This document shows, in pieces, positions 8,691 to 19,129 of a stretch of DNA of 64,000 nucleotides. The notes under the pieces were generated by a model. It was not told the DNA's origin, searched no databases, and was given only the letters and a program-made list of their open reading frames with translations. Origin of the DNA: a virus; IMG/VR virus record IMGVR_UViG_3300020167_000001, positions 21,021 through 85,020 of that record; one strand, written 5' to 3'. A program made the position numbers and the translations under genes. How positions within the stretch are numbered: the stretch's first letter is position 1; the number at the start of each line of letters is the position of its first letter.

Positions 8691-9492
8691 ATCAGCCAAC
8701 CATAAATATGAAAGTCTTGATCCTGAAGAAAGGATTGACTGGATTAGTGTAACTAGTTTTGTAGCAATGTTCAAACAGAAGTTTGACCCTGTTAAGCAAT
8801 CAGTTAAATCTTCTACAAATCCAAGGTCTAAATGGTTTGGTATGGATCCTTTAGAAATTCAAGCTCATTGGGCTAATGAAACAGACAGAGCTATTACTGC
8901 AGGTTCTTGGTATCATGACCAAAGAGAAAGTGATTTAACTAGCATTGATACAATTCAAAGAGCTGGTAGAGAAATTCCTATTATCAAACCTATAATTAAT
9001 GATGGTGTAAAGCATGCTCCAGTACAAAGATTAACTGAAGGAATTTATCCTGAACATATGGTTTATCTTAAGTCTGCAGGTATCTGTGGCCAGTCAGATA
9101 GGGTTGAAGTTATTAAAGACACTGTTGATATTGTGGATTATAAAACTAACAAAGAAATTAAGATTGCAAGCTTTGTTAATTGGGAAGGTAAATCTCAAAA
9201 GATGGAAGGACCTTTATCACATGTTGATGATTGTAATTTTAATCACTATGCCTTACAGCTAAGTATTTATATGTATATTATATTAAAGCATAATCCAAGA
9301 TACAAAGCTGGTAAAATGTTTTTACATCATGTAGTTTTTGAAAAAGAGAGTGAAGACAAGTTCGGTAATCCTATTCTTAAAAGAGATACTAACGGTGAAG
9401 TAATTGTGAAAACTGTTATCCCTTATGAAGTACCTTATTTAAAAACTGAAGTTATTGCAATGATTAATTATTTACAAGATAAGAAAAAATGA
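8674..9492 (+). CDS. PD-(D/E)xK (RecB/Cas4-like) exonuclease
   Basis: SVTS..GSWYH..ICGQSD..IVDYKTN..HYALQLSIY motifs. Confidence 0.85.
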   Translation: MSVTFKSANHKYESLDPEERIDWISVTSFVAMFKQKFDPVKQSVKSSTNPRSKWFGMDPLEIQAHWANETDRAITAGSWYHDQRESDLTSIDTIQRAGREIPIIKPIINDGVKHAPVQRLTEGIYPEHMVYLKSAGICGQSDRVEVIKDTVDIVDYKTNKEIKIASFVNWEGKSQKMEGPLSHVDDCNFNHYALQLSIYMYIILKHNPRYKAGKMFLHHVVFEKESEDKFGNPILKRDTNGEVIVKTVIPYEVPYLKTEVIAMINYLQDKKK

Positions 9493-9689
9493 GTGATGAA
9501 TATGAACACCGGTCATACTGGACTAAGCTAAATGAAAGATTAAATGAAGAACAAGAAGCTATTATGTCAGAACCAATATGTTTTCATGAAGATGAAAAAG
9601 GTAACTGTTTACAGAGTTTTAGATTTGTAATGATAGATTTTAGTAAAGATGATAAACCTTTTTGTGAAACTGTAAAAAATAAAAAATGA
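9489..9689 (+). CDS. Small protein carrying an MCP ~449-463-like peptide
   Basis: GNCLQSFRFVMIDFS vs MCP GNPLSSYSFVIFDIT; ATGA-coupled on both sides. Confidence 0.6.
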   Translation: MSDEYEHRSYWTKLNERLNEEQEAIMSEPICFHEDEKGNCLQSFRFVMIDFSKDDKPFCETVKNKK

Positions 9690-10201
9690 TAAGAATATTT
9701 GATTTACAAAATGGGAAGATTATTCCTACTGAGCACTGTTATACTATAGGATATCTTAAAGATATTATGGATGAATATCCTGAAGATTATTTATCAGTAT
9801 ATGCATTTCTTTTCTACATGGTTTGTCCAAATGAAGACCTTAATCCTTATTTCAATATAGCAGAAGATGTAAAAGAAGAAACTATTATGAGAGATGTTCG
9901 CGGTAACTTTACAACTGAAGATCCTTTAGTTATTGTAGCATTAACTAACTTAACAGTTATGTTTACCACTCCAACATCAAGGGCTTACAAGGGTATAAAA
10001 ATTGCCTTAGATAACATGGGTCAAGTGATGGCTGAAACTAAACCTACATTTGGTAGAGATGGTTCAGCTACAGCTCTATTAAGAATTGCTGAGAAGTTTG
10101 ACTCCGTACGACAATCTTACAAAGGAGTATACAAAGATTTACAAGATGAACAATCAACTAGAACAAGAGGTGGAGGCTCTTTAGCTTATGATCAACAATG
10201 A
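9686..10201 (+). CDS. Putative terminase small subunit or conserved protein
   Basis: 171-aa helical protein just upstream of terL; positional inference only. Confidence 0.5.
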   Translation: MIRIFDLQNGKIIPTEHCYTIGYLKDIMDEYPEDYLSVYAFLFYMVCPNEDLNPYFNIAEDVKEETIMRDVRGNFTTEDPLVIVALTNLTVMFTTPTSRAYKGIKIALDNMGQVMAETKPTFGRDGSATALLRIAEKFDSVRQSYKGVYKDLQDEQSTRTRGGGSLAYDQQ

Positions 10202-10412
10202 TGAGTTACATAGTTGGTTATTTCACTATAACCCTTATAAAAAAGAATGGTGTGCTTTTAAAAGAGACCAGCTTAATGATTATTTTAATGGCACTTTAAA
10301 AGATGCTATTATTTCAAAAAATCACCGTATCTTAGTGACAGCTATTACAAAAGCTAATGGTGATACAGATAAGATAAAGCTTTTACTAAGAATTAAAAAA
10401 TTAAATGGATAG
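10188..10412 (+). CDS. Hypothetical protein
   Basis: 74 aa with WLFHYNPY..W; overlaps both neighbours. Confidence 0.65.
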   Translation: MINNDELHSWLFHYNPYKKEWCAFKRDQLNDYFNGTLKDAIISKNHRILVTAITKANGDTDKIKLLLRIKKLNG

Positions 10413-12606
10413 TTTCTTTTTCACAGACATACCTACATGGGAAAATGGTGTTTGGACTACTACTAGTTTTAGTACTCAGGAAGACTTTGCTCTTTTTATT
10501 AAAACACTATTTCTAGAACCAGGTAAGTATGAGTTTGATGAGACTTCTTTTATTTTTGCTAAAGAAGCCAAGAAGTATCAGAAAGATAAGTTCTATTGTG
10601 AAGCTGCAGTAAAAAGTAGAGACTACATTGAATATTGGGATTCCCAAAAAATGAGATGTAGAAAAGGAGCTTTTTACAAGAACAAAGGGAAGACCTGGTT
10701 TCTCACTAGGGAATACTACATGTGGTTGAACTTCCTACCGATCAATGATAAGGAGAAAAAGAAATTTGATTTCCCTTCTGTAAGGGATGCTCAATATCAC
10801 ATGGCCCTATATGAATTTCTGGCTGAGTTAAATTACATGCATTGTGCTATCTTAAAGAAACGTCAGATAGCTTCCTCATATTATCATGCCGCCAAGATGA
10901 TTAATTTAATCTGGTTCGAAGAAACTCCTATTCTTAAAATTGGAGCTTCTTTGAAAGGGTATGTTCTTGATACTTGGAAATTCTTAGCTGAATATAAAAA
11001 CTTCTTAGATTTAAACACTGCTTGGTACCGTGATATGAATCCTGGAAAACCTTTGGATTGGATGCAGCAAATTGAAACAACCATTCAAGGAAGTAACCGA
11101 AAGACAATGGCTGGTTTGAAGGGGGTTCTAAAAGGAACATCTTTTGAGAAAGATCCAACTGCCGGTGTTGGTGGACCTTGTACTTTCTTCTTTCATGAAG
11201 AGGGTGGAATTGCTCCACATGCCGACAAAACTTTAGGTTATATGAAGCCTGCATTAAAGTCAGGTTTGATTACTACCGGAGTATTTGCTATTGCAGGTTC
11301 TGTGGGTGACTTGAGTCAGTGTGACCCTTTAAGGAAGATGATTCTTCATCCAGAGGCTAATGATATTTATCCTGTTGAGTCTAACTTACTGGATGCTAAA
11401 GGTACTTTTGGTAAATCAGGATTATTTATTCCTGAGCAATGGTCTATGCCGCCATGTGTAGATGAGTTCGGTAACTCCAAGGTTGAAGAAGCTTTGAAAA
11501 TGCTAGATGTTTATTTTATACAAAAGAAAAAAGATTTAAGTCCTGAAGATTACCAGTTAGAATTGTCTCAGCATCCGCGTAATATTGAAGAGGCTTTTGC
11601 TACAAGAACTGTATCTTTATTTCCAAGTCATTTAGTGGCTGCTCAAAAAAGAAGAATTGAAGAAAAAGAATATGTTACTGAATTTATTGAATTGAGTAAA
11701 AATGCTGATGGTAGTTTCAATGTTGATAAGAGTAATAAGATTCCGGTGATGGAATTCCCTGTAACAAAAGCAACTGAAGATAAAACAGGAGTTATTGTTA
11801 TGCATGAAAAACCAATACCTGGTGCCGCCTGGGGAACTTATTATGCTTCTATTGACCCGGTTTCTCAAGGTAAAACTACAACTTCAGAATCCTTATGTTC
11901 TATTTACATTTACAAGATTCCCGTAGAAGTAACCAAGGATAACGGAATAGAAGTTACAACTCATATTGAACAAGACAAGATTGTAGCTCACTGGTGTGGT
12001 CGTTTTGATGATATCAACAAAACACATGAAAGATTAGAGCACATGATTGAGTGGTATAATGCATGGACATTAGTAGAAAGTAACGTGCCCGGCTTTATCA
12101 CTCACATGATCAAGAAGAGAAAACAAAAGTATCTGGTTCCTAAAGAACAGATTACTTTTAGAAAAGATATCGAGTATGTACAATCCAACTTCCAAGAATA
12201 TGGATGGAGAAACACAGGTACTTTATTCAGAGCTCATATTCTTCCTTACTTAATCGATTATTGTAAAGAAGAGTTGGATACTCAAACTGATGATACAGGT
12301 AAGATTTACAAAACCATTTATGGGATTGAACGTATACCTGATATCATGGCTATGAAAGAGATGCAGGAGTACAGAGATGGACTCAATGTGGATAGGTTAA
12401 TTGCTTTAGGAGCACTGATTGCCTTTGCTAAAGTTCAAGAAGCCAACCGTGGTATTAAGAAGAGATTTGAGAAAACAGATAAAAAAAGCTTGGAAAAGTC
12501 AGAAAATTTGTATAAATTGAATAACAGTCCGTTTAGACATATGGGGAATACAGGAGGAAATTTTGGCCAAAAACCACCAAGAAATCCATTTAAAAATTTA
12601 AGATAA
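10405..12606 (+). CDS. terL: Terminase large subunit
   Basis: Walker A-like ILKKRQIASS, Walker B FFFHEEGG, RNase H-like YASIDP, LVESN and NVDRLIA; directly upstream of the portal. Confidence 0.93.
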   Translation: MDSFFFTDIPTWENGVWTTTSFSTQEDFALFIKTLFLEPGKYEFDETSFIFAKEAKKYQKDKFYCEAAVKSRDYIEYWDSQKMRCRKGAFYKNKGKTWFLTREYYMWLNFLPINDKEKKKFDFPSVRDAQYHMALYEFLAELNYMHCAILKKRQIASSYYHAAKMINLIWFEETPILKIGASLKGYVLDTWKFLAEYKNFLDLNTAWYRDMNPGKPLDWMQQIETTIQGSNRKTMAGLKGVLKGTSFEKDPTAGVGGPCTFFFHEEGGIAPHADKTLGYMKPALKSGLITTGVFAIAGSVGDLSQCDPLRKMILHPEANDIYPVESNLLDAKGTFGKSGLFIPEQWSMPPCVDEFGNSKVEEALKMLDVYFIQKKKDLSPEDYQLELSQHPRNIEEAFATRTVSLFPSHLVAAQKRRIEEKEYVTEFIELSKNADGSFNVDKSNKIPVMEFPVTKATEDKTGVIVMHEKPIPGAAWGTYYASIDPVSQGKTTTSESLCSIYIYKIPVEVTKDNGIEVTTHIEQDKIVAHWCGRFDDINKTHERLEHMIEWYNAWTLVESNVPGFITHMIKKRKQKYLVPKEQITFRKDIEYVQSNFQEYGWRNTGTLFRAHILPYLIDYCKEELDTQTDDTGKIYKTIYGIERIPDIMAMKEMQEYRDGLNVDRLIALGALIAFAKVQEANRGIKKRFEKTDKKSLEKSENLYKLNNSPFRHMGNTGGNFGQKPPRNPFKNLR
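12489..12520 (+). promoter_or_regulatory. Possible internal promoter for the portal gene
   Basis: CTTG-N20-TAAATTGA inside the 3' end of terL, with the same spacing as the other promoters. Confidence 0.4.
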
Positions 12607-12611
12607 AAGAT

Positions 12612-15392
12612 ATGCAAGTATTAAATGCAATGCAGTTAAAGAGTGGTAAGAAAGCCGATTATAATAGAATGGGTTCTATTACTCAGCCACTTCAATTTTT
12701 ACCTAAAAGTGAGAAAGATCCTGAATGGACTGCCTGGAATATGGACTGGTTAGAATGGAATGGTCTTAAGCAATTAAGAAAAAATGCTAAAAGGTTAATG
12801 AAGAATTACAAATTAGCTAAAGGCACCATTGACAGAACTGACTATGTGAATGAGCCAGATAATGAAATGAGAGAAATTGTAGATACATTAGCTCAAGAAG
12901 ACTTCAGTGCTTTAGAGTTAAAGTTCTACCCGATAGTTCCCAATGTTATTAATGTGATGGTATCTGAGTTTGCTAAACGTAATACTAAAATTACATTTAA
13001 TGCTGTTGATGATTATTCTTATAATGATCAATTAGAGCAAAAAAGAATGCAAGTTCAGGATGTTTTATTCCAACAAGCTTCTCAAGATATTCTTGCTAAG
13101 ATGTTAGATGCCGGTCTAGATCCTGAAGACCCTGAAGTACAACAACAATTACAACAACAAACTGCACCCGAGAACTTAAAAACTTTACCCGAAATCCAAG
13201 GATTCTTTGATAAAAGTTATAGAGGAATGTGTGAGCAATGGGCTGTTCATCAACATAAAATTGATGAGGAAAGATTCAAGATGGATGAACTTGAGGAAAG
13301 AGCCTTCAGAGATATGCTTATTACAGACCGTGAGTTCTGGCACATGAAGATGAATGAGGATGACTATGATGTTGAATTATGGAATCCGGTAACTACTTTT
13401 TATCACAAGTCTCCTGAAGTACGTTATGTATCTCAAGGTAACTGGGTAGGTAAAGTTGAGATGTTAACAATCTCTGATGTTATTGATAAATACGGTTACT
13501 TGATGACTCAAGAACAGTTAGAATCTATTGAGGCTATTTATCCGGTAAGATCTGCAGGTTACCCTTTACAAGGTTACCAAAATGATGGTTCTTACTATGA
13601 TGCTACTAAATCTCATGATTGGAATGTCAACATGCCTTCTTTAGCTTATAGACAATACATGTCTATGTATGCTAATGGTGGTGGTATGATCGGAGATGGT
13701 GGTGGAGATATCATGCAGTGGATTATGGGAGAAAATGAAGATTATGCTCCTATGGGTGCCGCTTTTTTATTGAGAGCTACTACAGCTTACTGGAAGTCTC
13801 AACGTAAGGTTGGACATTTAGTTAAGATTACTGAAGAGGGTCAAACTATTACAGATATTGTAACTGAAGATTACAAGATTACGGACAAACCTTTGTACGA
13901 TACAACCTTACTTAAAAATAAAGGTAAAGATAACTTATTATTTGGAGAGCACATTGATTGGATTTGGATTAACCAGGTATATGGTGGTGTTAAAATTGGA
14001 CCTAATCAACCTTCTTTCTGGGGAATGAATAATCCTGGTGGTATTAACCCGATGTATTTAGGTATTGACCAAAATAGAATTGGGCCATTGAAATACCAAT
14101 TAAAAGGTGACAAGACTCTCTACGGCTGTAAACTTCCTGTAGAAGGAGCTATTTTCAATGACCGAAATACCAGATCAACTTCTATGGTTGATTTAATGAA
14201 GCCTTTTCAAATTGGCTACAACCTTGTTAACAACCAAATTGCTGATATCCTAGTAGACGAGTTAGGCACCGTGATCATGTTAGATCAAAATGCTTTACCT
14301 CAACACTCATTAGGAGAAGACTGGGGTAAGAATAACTTAGCTAAGGCTTATGTAGCAATGAAGAATTTCCAAATGCTCCCTTTAGATACAGCAATATCTA
14401 ATACAGAGAATCCTTTGAACTTCCAACATTTCCAAGTAATGAACCTGGAGCAAACTCAAAGAATGCTTTCTAGGATTCAAATGGCTAACTATTTCAAACA
14501 ACAATGCTTTGAAGTAATCGGTATTACTCCTCAGAGATTAGGTCAACAAATTGGTCAAACAGATACAGCTACAGGAGTAGAGCAAGCAATTGCAGGCTCA
14601 TATGCTCAAACTGAAACTTACTTTATTCAACACTGTGATTATTTGATGCCGCGTGTGCACCAGATGAGAACTGATGTGGCCCAATATTACCAATCAAGAA
14701 AACCATCTGTTAGACTACAGTATATGACTTCAGCTGATGAAAAGGTTAACTTTGAAATGAACGGTACAGATTTGCTATTAAGAGATATCAATGTGTTTGC
14801 TACAACTAAAGCAAATCAAAGAAATATCCTTGAGCAAATGAAAAAATTAGCTGCTACTAATAATACAGCCGGTGCTTCTATTTATGATTTAGGTAACTTG
14901 ATGCAGGCTGAATCTTTAGGTGAGCTTACTACTACTATGAAAGCCATAGAGAAAAAAGTTGATGCTAAAGAACAAGCTGAACGTGAGTCTGCTGAAAATA
15001 TGAAACAGCAAGAAATTGAAGCTGCTATTAAAGAAAAACAAATGCAGCTTGATCATGATATGTCTGAGGCTGAGAAGAACCGTAGAAAAGATATCCTCAT
15101 TGCTGAAATAAAATCTGCAGGTTATGGAGCTATGCAAGATATTAATGCTAATAAACAATCTGATTATCTTGATGCATTAGGAGAAATCCAAAAGTCAGAA
15201 CAGTTTCAAGAAAGTATGAATCTTCAAACTAATAAAGAAGCTTCTCAAACAGCCAATAACCGTGAGAGAGCCCAAATAGAAAGAGAGAAAATGAACACTT
15301 CTATGCAAATGAAACAGATGGATTTACAGATTGCCAGAGAAAATAAAAACAAATTTGATAGTAAAGCTAAAGCTGATAAAAAGAAGAAATAA
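12612..15392 (+). CDS. Portal protein
   Basis: 926 aa after terL; FYPIVPNVINVM, SMVDLMKPFQ and GITPQRLGQ crAss-type motifs; C-terminal coiled coil. Confidence 0.9.
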   Translation: MQVLNAMQLKSGKKADYNRMGSITQPLQFLPKSEKDPEWTAWNMDWLEWNGLKQLRKNAKRLMKNYKLAKGTIDRTDYVNEPDNEMREIVDTLAQEDFSALELKFYPIVPNVINVMVSEFAKRNTKITFNAVDDYSYNDQLEQKRMQVQDVLFQQASQDILAKMLDAGLDPEDPEVQQQLQQQTAPENLKTLPEIQGFFDKSYRGMCEQWAVHQHKIDEERFKMDELEERAFRDMLITDREFWHMKMNEDDYDVELWNPVTTFYHKSPEVRYVSQGNWVGKVEMLTISDVIDKYGYLMTQEQLESIEAIYPVRSAGYPLQGYQNDGSYYDATKSHDWNVNMPSLAYRQYMSMYANGGGMIGDGGGDIMQWIMGENEDYAPMGAAFLLRATTAYWKSQRKVGHLVKITEEGQTITDIVTEDYKITDKPLYDTTLLKNKGKDNLLFGEHIDWIWINQVYGGVKIGPNQPSFWGMNNPGGINPMYLGIDQNRIGPLKYQLKGDKTLYGCKLPVEGAIFNDRNTRSTSMVDLMKPFQIGYNLVNNQIADILVDELGTVIMLDQNALPQHSLGEDWGKNNLAKAYVAMKNFQMLPLDTAISNTENPLNFQHFQVMNLEQTQRMLSRIQMANYFKQQCFEVIGITPQRLGQQIGQTDTATGVEQAIAGSYAQTETYFIQHCDYLMPRVHQMRTDVAQYYQSRKPSVRLQYMTSADEKVNFEMNGTDLLLRDINVFATTKANQRNILEQMKKLAATNNTAGASIYDLGNLMQAESLGELTTTMKAIEKKVDAKEQAERESAENMKQQEIEAAIKEKQMQLDHDMSEAEKNRRKDILIAEIKSAGYGAMQDINANKQSDYLDALGEIQKSEQFQESMNLQTNKEASQTANNRERAQIEREKMNTSMQMKQMDLQIARENKNKFDSKAKADKKKK

Positions 15393-15505
15393 CCTTTAGC
15401 CATATACTGCAAAATATTTTTATGGAGACCTTAAAAAAATATCAAGTTTTAAAGTTTATATCTGTAAATTTGTGTATATTAATATAGTCAATTAAACCAA
15501 CAAAT

Positions 15506-16783
15506 ATGATAAACGAAACAAAAACAACTGTAGAGGAAACTGATATTGATATTGATGCTTTATTAGGTACTCCAGGAGCTGACAATGTTATGACTCCTGC
15601 AAATACAGACACAGAAAAAAAACCTAGTCTTTTCAGTAGAGAAGGCAAGATGGATTTAACGTTCATTGACAAACCTGATGACAAAAAAGATGCTTCCTCA
15701 CAGCAAGCAGCTTCAACTGAAGGAGCTGACAACCCGGCTGGAACAGATAAAAAACCAGAAACTGTTACAAAAGATGAATTCGAAAACATCATCAATTCAA
15801 CTGAAGCCTCTACAGAAACTGAAGAAGCTACTAAAAAATCTGGTAGAGCTGGTGGCTTGGTGGAATTAACTACCAAGTTAATTGAAAAAGGCTTATTAGT
15901 TCCTTTCGAAGGTGAAGAAGATGTTTCCAAATATACTCTTAAAGACTTTGAAGATCTTTTTGAGATGAACAATAAACAAAAGGATGATAAAGCTAAAGAA
16001 GAAGTTTCTACTTCTTTCTTTAAAGGTTTACCTGAAGAATTACAAGTAGCTGCACATTATGTAGCTAATGGTGGAACAGACCTTAAAAATCTTTTCCGTT
16101 CTTTAGCAGCTTCTGAAGAAATCAAAGCTTTAGATGTTACTGATGAAGATTCTCAAGAGCAAATTGTAAGAAGTTACATGCATGCTAAAAAAGTAGGTAC
16201 AGCTGAAGAAATTGAAGCTGAGATTGAAGACCTTCGCGATAGAGGAAAGTTAGAAGCAAAAGCTTTACAATACAAACCTAAATTGGACTTAATGCAAGAA
16301 GAAATTATTGCAAGACAAGTTCAAGATCAAGAAAAAATCCGAAAACAACATATGGAACAAGCTCGTGCTTACTCAGATAATATCTACAAAGCTCTTGAAC
16401 CTGGTGAATTAAACGGATTAAAACTTGATAAAAAAACCCAAAGTGAATTATACGGAGGATTGACTCAAGCCAATTACCCATCTATGTCTGGCCGTCCTAC
16501 AAATCTTTTAGGACATTTGTTAGAAAAATACCAATACCAAGAACCAAATCATGCCTTAATCAGTGAAGCCTTATGGTTATTAAAAGACCCTGAAGGTTAC
16601 CGATTAAAAGTTAGAGAAGGTGGTAAAAAAGATTCAGATACTGAAACTGCTAGAAAGTTAAAAACAGAACAAGCTAATAAAACGGCTTCTTCTACCGCGA
16701 CTGATGAATCTGATAATAAAAACAAGAAGACAGTAGGAGTACAAAGACCATCAGGAAATAATTTTTTCAAAAGATCATTTTAA
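15506..16783 (+). CDS. Scaffold-like acidic protein (crAss gene between portal and MCP)
   Basis: Acidic disordered N-terminus, helical C-terminus, conserved position. Confidence 0.7.
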   Translation: MINETKTTVEETDIDIDALLGTPGADNVMTPANTDTEKKPSLFSREGKMDLTFIDKPDDKKDASSQQAASTEGADNPAGTDKKPETVTKDEFENIINSTEASTETEEATKKSGRAGGLVELTTKLIEKGLLVPFEGEEDVSKYTLKDFEDLFEMNNKQKDDKAKEEVSTSFFKGLPEELQVAAHYVANGGTDLKNLFRSLAASEEIKALDVTDEDSQEQIVRSYMHAKKVGTAEEIEAEIEDLRDRGKLEAKALQYKPKLDLMQEEIIARQVQDQEKIRKQHMEQARAYSDNIYKALEPGELNGLKLDKKTQSELYGGLTQANYPSMSGRPTNLLGHLLEKYQYQEPNHALISEALWLLKDPEGYRLKVREGGKKDSDTETARKLKTEQANKTASSTATDESDNKNKKTVGVQRPSGNNFFKRSF

Positions 16784-16827
16784 AAAACAAATAAATAAAT
16801 ATAAACTAAAAACCCAAAACAAACACA

Positions 16828-18453
16828 ATGTCAACTCCAGTTTTAAACAACGGTATATTCTTGCGTGACACAAACTACAATGCTAGTTCTCATGTAGATT
16901 CTTACCACTTAGTAAACATGCTTAAGGATGCCGAACCAATGGATATGGGACCAGTAGATATCTGGGCTATGTCTCAAAAAGTTGAAATGCCTTTATACCA
17001 ATTATCATCTTTTGGTGGTAAGAACATTATCATGGTTGATAATGCTCGCGGTGAATACAAATGGCAAACTCCTGTATCTCAGGATTTACCTTACATCATT
17101 GAAGATATTGAACCGGCTAACCTTAACAAAGGTGTTGATGGTACAACTTTCAAGATTAAAATCAACAAACGTGAATTTGGTCATGGTGATATCATCACTT
17201 ATGATAAATATAATGGTGTTGAGATGTACATTACAGCTGATGATATCTTACCTATGGGAGATGGATTCATCTACACAGTACAATTAGTAAACAATGACAA
17301 CTACAAATTCCTAGAGAATAAGTATTTAACTCCTCAAACTAAATTATTCCGTAAAGGTTCTGCTCGTGGAGAATATGGTGAAAGATTCTCTGATATCCAA
17401 ACTAAAGCTGGATTCCGTGAGTTCTACAACTTCGTAGGTGGAGCTGAAGCACATGTTCATTATTCAGTATCTTCTCGTGCTGACTTAATGTTAAAAGGTG
17501 GTATGAATGCAGATGGTACAGTTCCTGTAACTGAAATCTGGAGAAACTTTGACAAGAATGTAGATCCATCAATTTCTAAAATTGAGGACATTGCTTCTAA
17601 GATGGGTAAAGACTACTTAAAACGTGCTGTAGGAAATGGTACATTAACCCGTACTTTCTTAACATCGATGGAGTCTGCTCACTTAACTAAAATTGCTACT
17701 GACATTGAGACTTACTTAATGTGGGGTCATGGTGGTGGATTGAAGCAAGATGGTCCAGATGATATGCGTTTATCAGTGGGTCTTTGGAAACAATTAGACA
17801 ACTCTTACAAACGCGTATACAACAAGTCTAGTTTCTCATTAGAATTGTTCCGTTCTGAGTTGTATAACTTCTATGCTGGTCGTGTAGAGTTCCAAGGTCC
17901 AGATCCTAAGAGACAATTAATTGTTCAAACAGGTATGGGTGGTATGAGATTAGTAAATGAGGCTATCAAGCGTGAAGCTGTTAACTCTGGTTTAGTAATC
18001 CAAGCTGCAAGCAACAATGGTATTGGAGCTATCTCTGGTCAAGGAATGGACTTAAACTTTGGATTTGCTTTCACATCTTATGTGATTCCTTTCTTAGCAA
18101 ATGTGAAATTTGTATTAAACCCTGCATTTGATAACTTACATACAAATGATATTGAGAACCCAATCATTGATGGTAACCCATTAAGTTCTTACTCATTTGT
18201 TATCTTTGATATCACTGATACAGGAAACGATAACATCTTCATGTTAAAATTATCTTGGGATAATCAATTGAAATGGTGGTACCAAAACGGTACTATGGAT
18301 TACATGGGAAGAACTCAAGGGTTCCAATCATCTGGTCAATTCAATGGTTACCGTGTGATGATGTCACAAACAATGCCAGCTATTTGGGTTAAAGATCCAA
18401 CTAAGGTATTAAAAATTGTAATGAGAAACCCTATCACAGGAGGATCATTCTAA
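16828..18453 (+). CDS. Major capsid protein (crAss-type HK97 fold)
   Basis: 541 aa with highly expressed codon usage (ttc, aac, cgt), followed by a strong terminator; EYKW, LMWG, GLW.QL, QTG.GG and IWVKDPTK motifs. Confidence 0.9.
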   Translation: MSTPVLNNGIFLRDTNYNASSHVDSYHLVNMLKDAEPMDMGPVDIWAMSQKVEMPLYQLSSFGGKNIIMVDNARGEYKWQTPVSQDLPYIIEDIEPANLNKGVDGTTFKIKINKREFGHGDIITYDKYNGVEMYITADDILPMGDGFIYTVQLVNNDNYKFLENKYLTPQTKLFRKGSARGEYGERFSDIQTKAGFREFYNFVGGAEAHVHYSVSSRADLMLKGGMNADGTVPVTEIWRNFDKNVDPSISKIEDIASKMGKDYLKRAVGNGTLTRTFLTSMESAHLTKIATDIETYLMWGHGGGLKQDGPDDMRLSVGLWKQLDNSYKRVYNKSSFSLELFRSELYNFYAGRVEFQGPDPKRQLIVQTGMGGMRLVNEAIKREAVNSGLVIQAASNNGIGAISGQGMDLNFGFAFTSYVIPFLANVKFVLNPAFDNLHTNDIENPIIDGNPLSSYSFVIFDITDTGNDNIFMLKLSWDNQLKWWYQNGTMDYMGRTQGFQSSGQFNGYRVMMSQTMPAIWVKDPTKVLKIVMRNPITGGSF

Positions 18454-18458
18454 TAACT

Positions 18459-18487
18459 AGGAAGGGTGTAACAGCCCTTCCTTTTTT
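18459..18487 (+). terminator. Rho-independent terminator after MCP
   Basis: AGGAAGGG/CCCTTCCT stem followed by a T tract. Confidence 0.85.
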
Positions 18488-18561
18488 CTTCACAAGTTGC
18501 AACAGACGAGGGAATCAACATCCCGGTGAAGATCAAATATTAACTATAAAAACTAAAAACA

Positions 18562-19086
18562 ATGTCTATATTATCAACACTTGTTGCAACAAGAAAAAGA
18601 ACTTTTAATTTTTTATCAGGTACCAATCAATTAGCTACCATAGCTGATGTAAATAAAGTTATTAATGCTCTTAATAACTTAGTACCTTACAGAATGTATG
18701 ATGTAGCTATTACTCAATCAAGTACTGATGCTCCTGTATTATCTAAATTAGCAGCTGGTGCTAAAGAATGCGGAGTTACATGTGATTGTAAAACTGTAAA
18801 TTGTGATTGTTCTTCTCCATGTGGCGATGATTCATCATTTAGTGTATCTACTAGTTATTCTGCTGTTGGTGTTTATGATTTTACTTTTACTTTAGATCCT
18901 AAAGCTTATCCTAAACCTATTAAAAATATAGGGTTCTTCTTTGGTACTTTACCAAGTGTAGAATCAAAAGTAGGTGTTGCTAAAATCAGCACTAATGTTT
19001 ACAGATTAACAACAGCTGATAAATCTAATGTAGCAACAAACGGATTGTTAACAGATACAGTTCTTGCTATGAAGATTTATTTCTAA
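18562..19086 (+). CDS. Putative head fibre/decoration protein
   Basis: 174 aa after MCP; N-terminal helix, Cys-rich insert and beta-rich C-terminus. Confidence 0.55.
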   Translation: MSILSTLVATRKRTFNFLSGTNQLATIADVNKVINALNNLVPYRMYDVAITQSSTDAPVLSKLAAGAKECGVTCDCKTVNCDCSSPCGDDSSFSVSTSYSAVGVYDFTFTLDPKAYPKPIKNIGFFFGTLPSVESKVGVAKISTNVYRLTTADKSNVATNGLLTDTVLAMKIYF

Positions 19087-19129
19087 ATAATTATTACCTT
19101 TACAATATAAACCAACAAAAACCAACAAC

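Noticed and set aside
8674-9492. Cas4-like nuclease as a sign of CRISPR-Cas
   Set aside because: No repeat-spacer array or other cas genes were seen; stand-alone PD-(D/E)xK nucleases are common in these phages.
7814-9689. MCP-like segments as a degraded MCP pseudogene
   Set aside because: The fragments are out of order, lie in separate intact coupled ORFs, are fused to a repeated unrelated domain, and show conservative substitutions.
10405-18453. Introns or inteins in terL, portal or MCP
   Set aside because: The ORFs are continuous and of expected size, with no intein splice or LAGLIDADG motifs seen.
18454-18561. tRNA in the intergenic region after MCP
   Set aside because: No cloverleaf or TTCGA T-loop; only a terminator and short stems.
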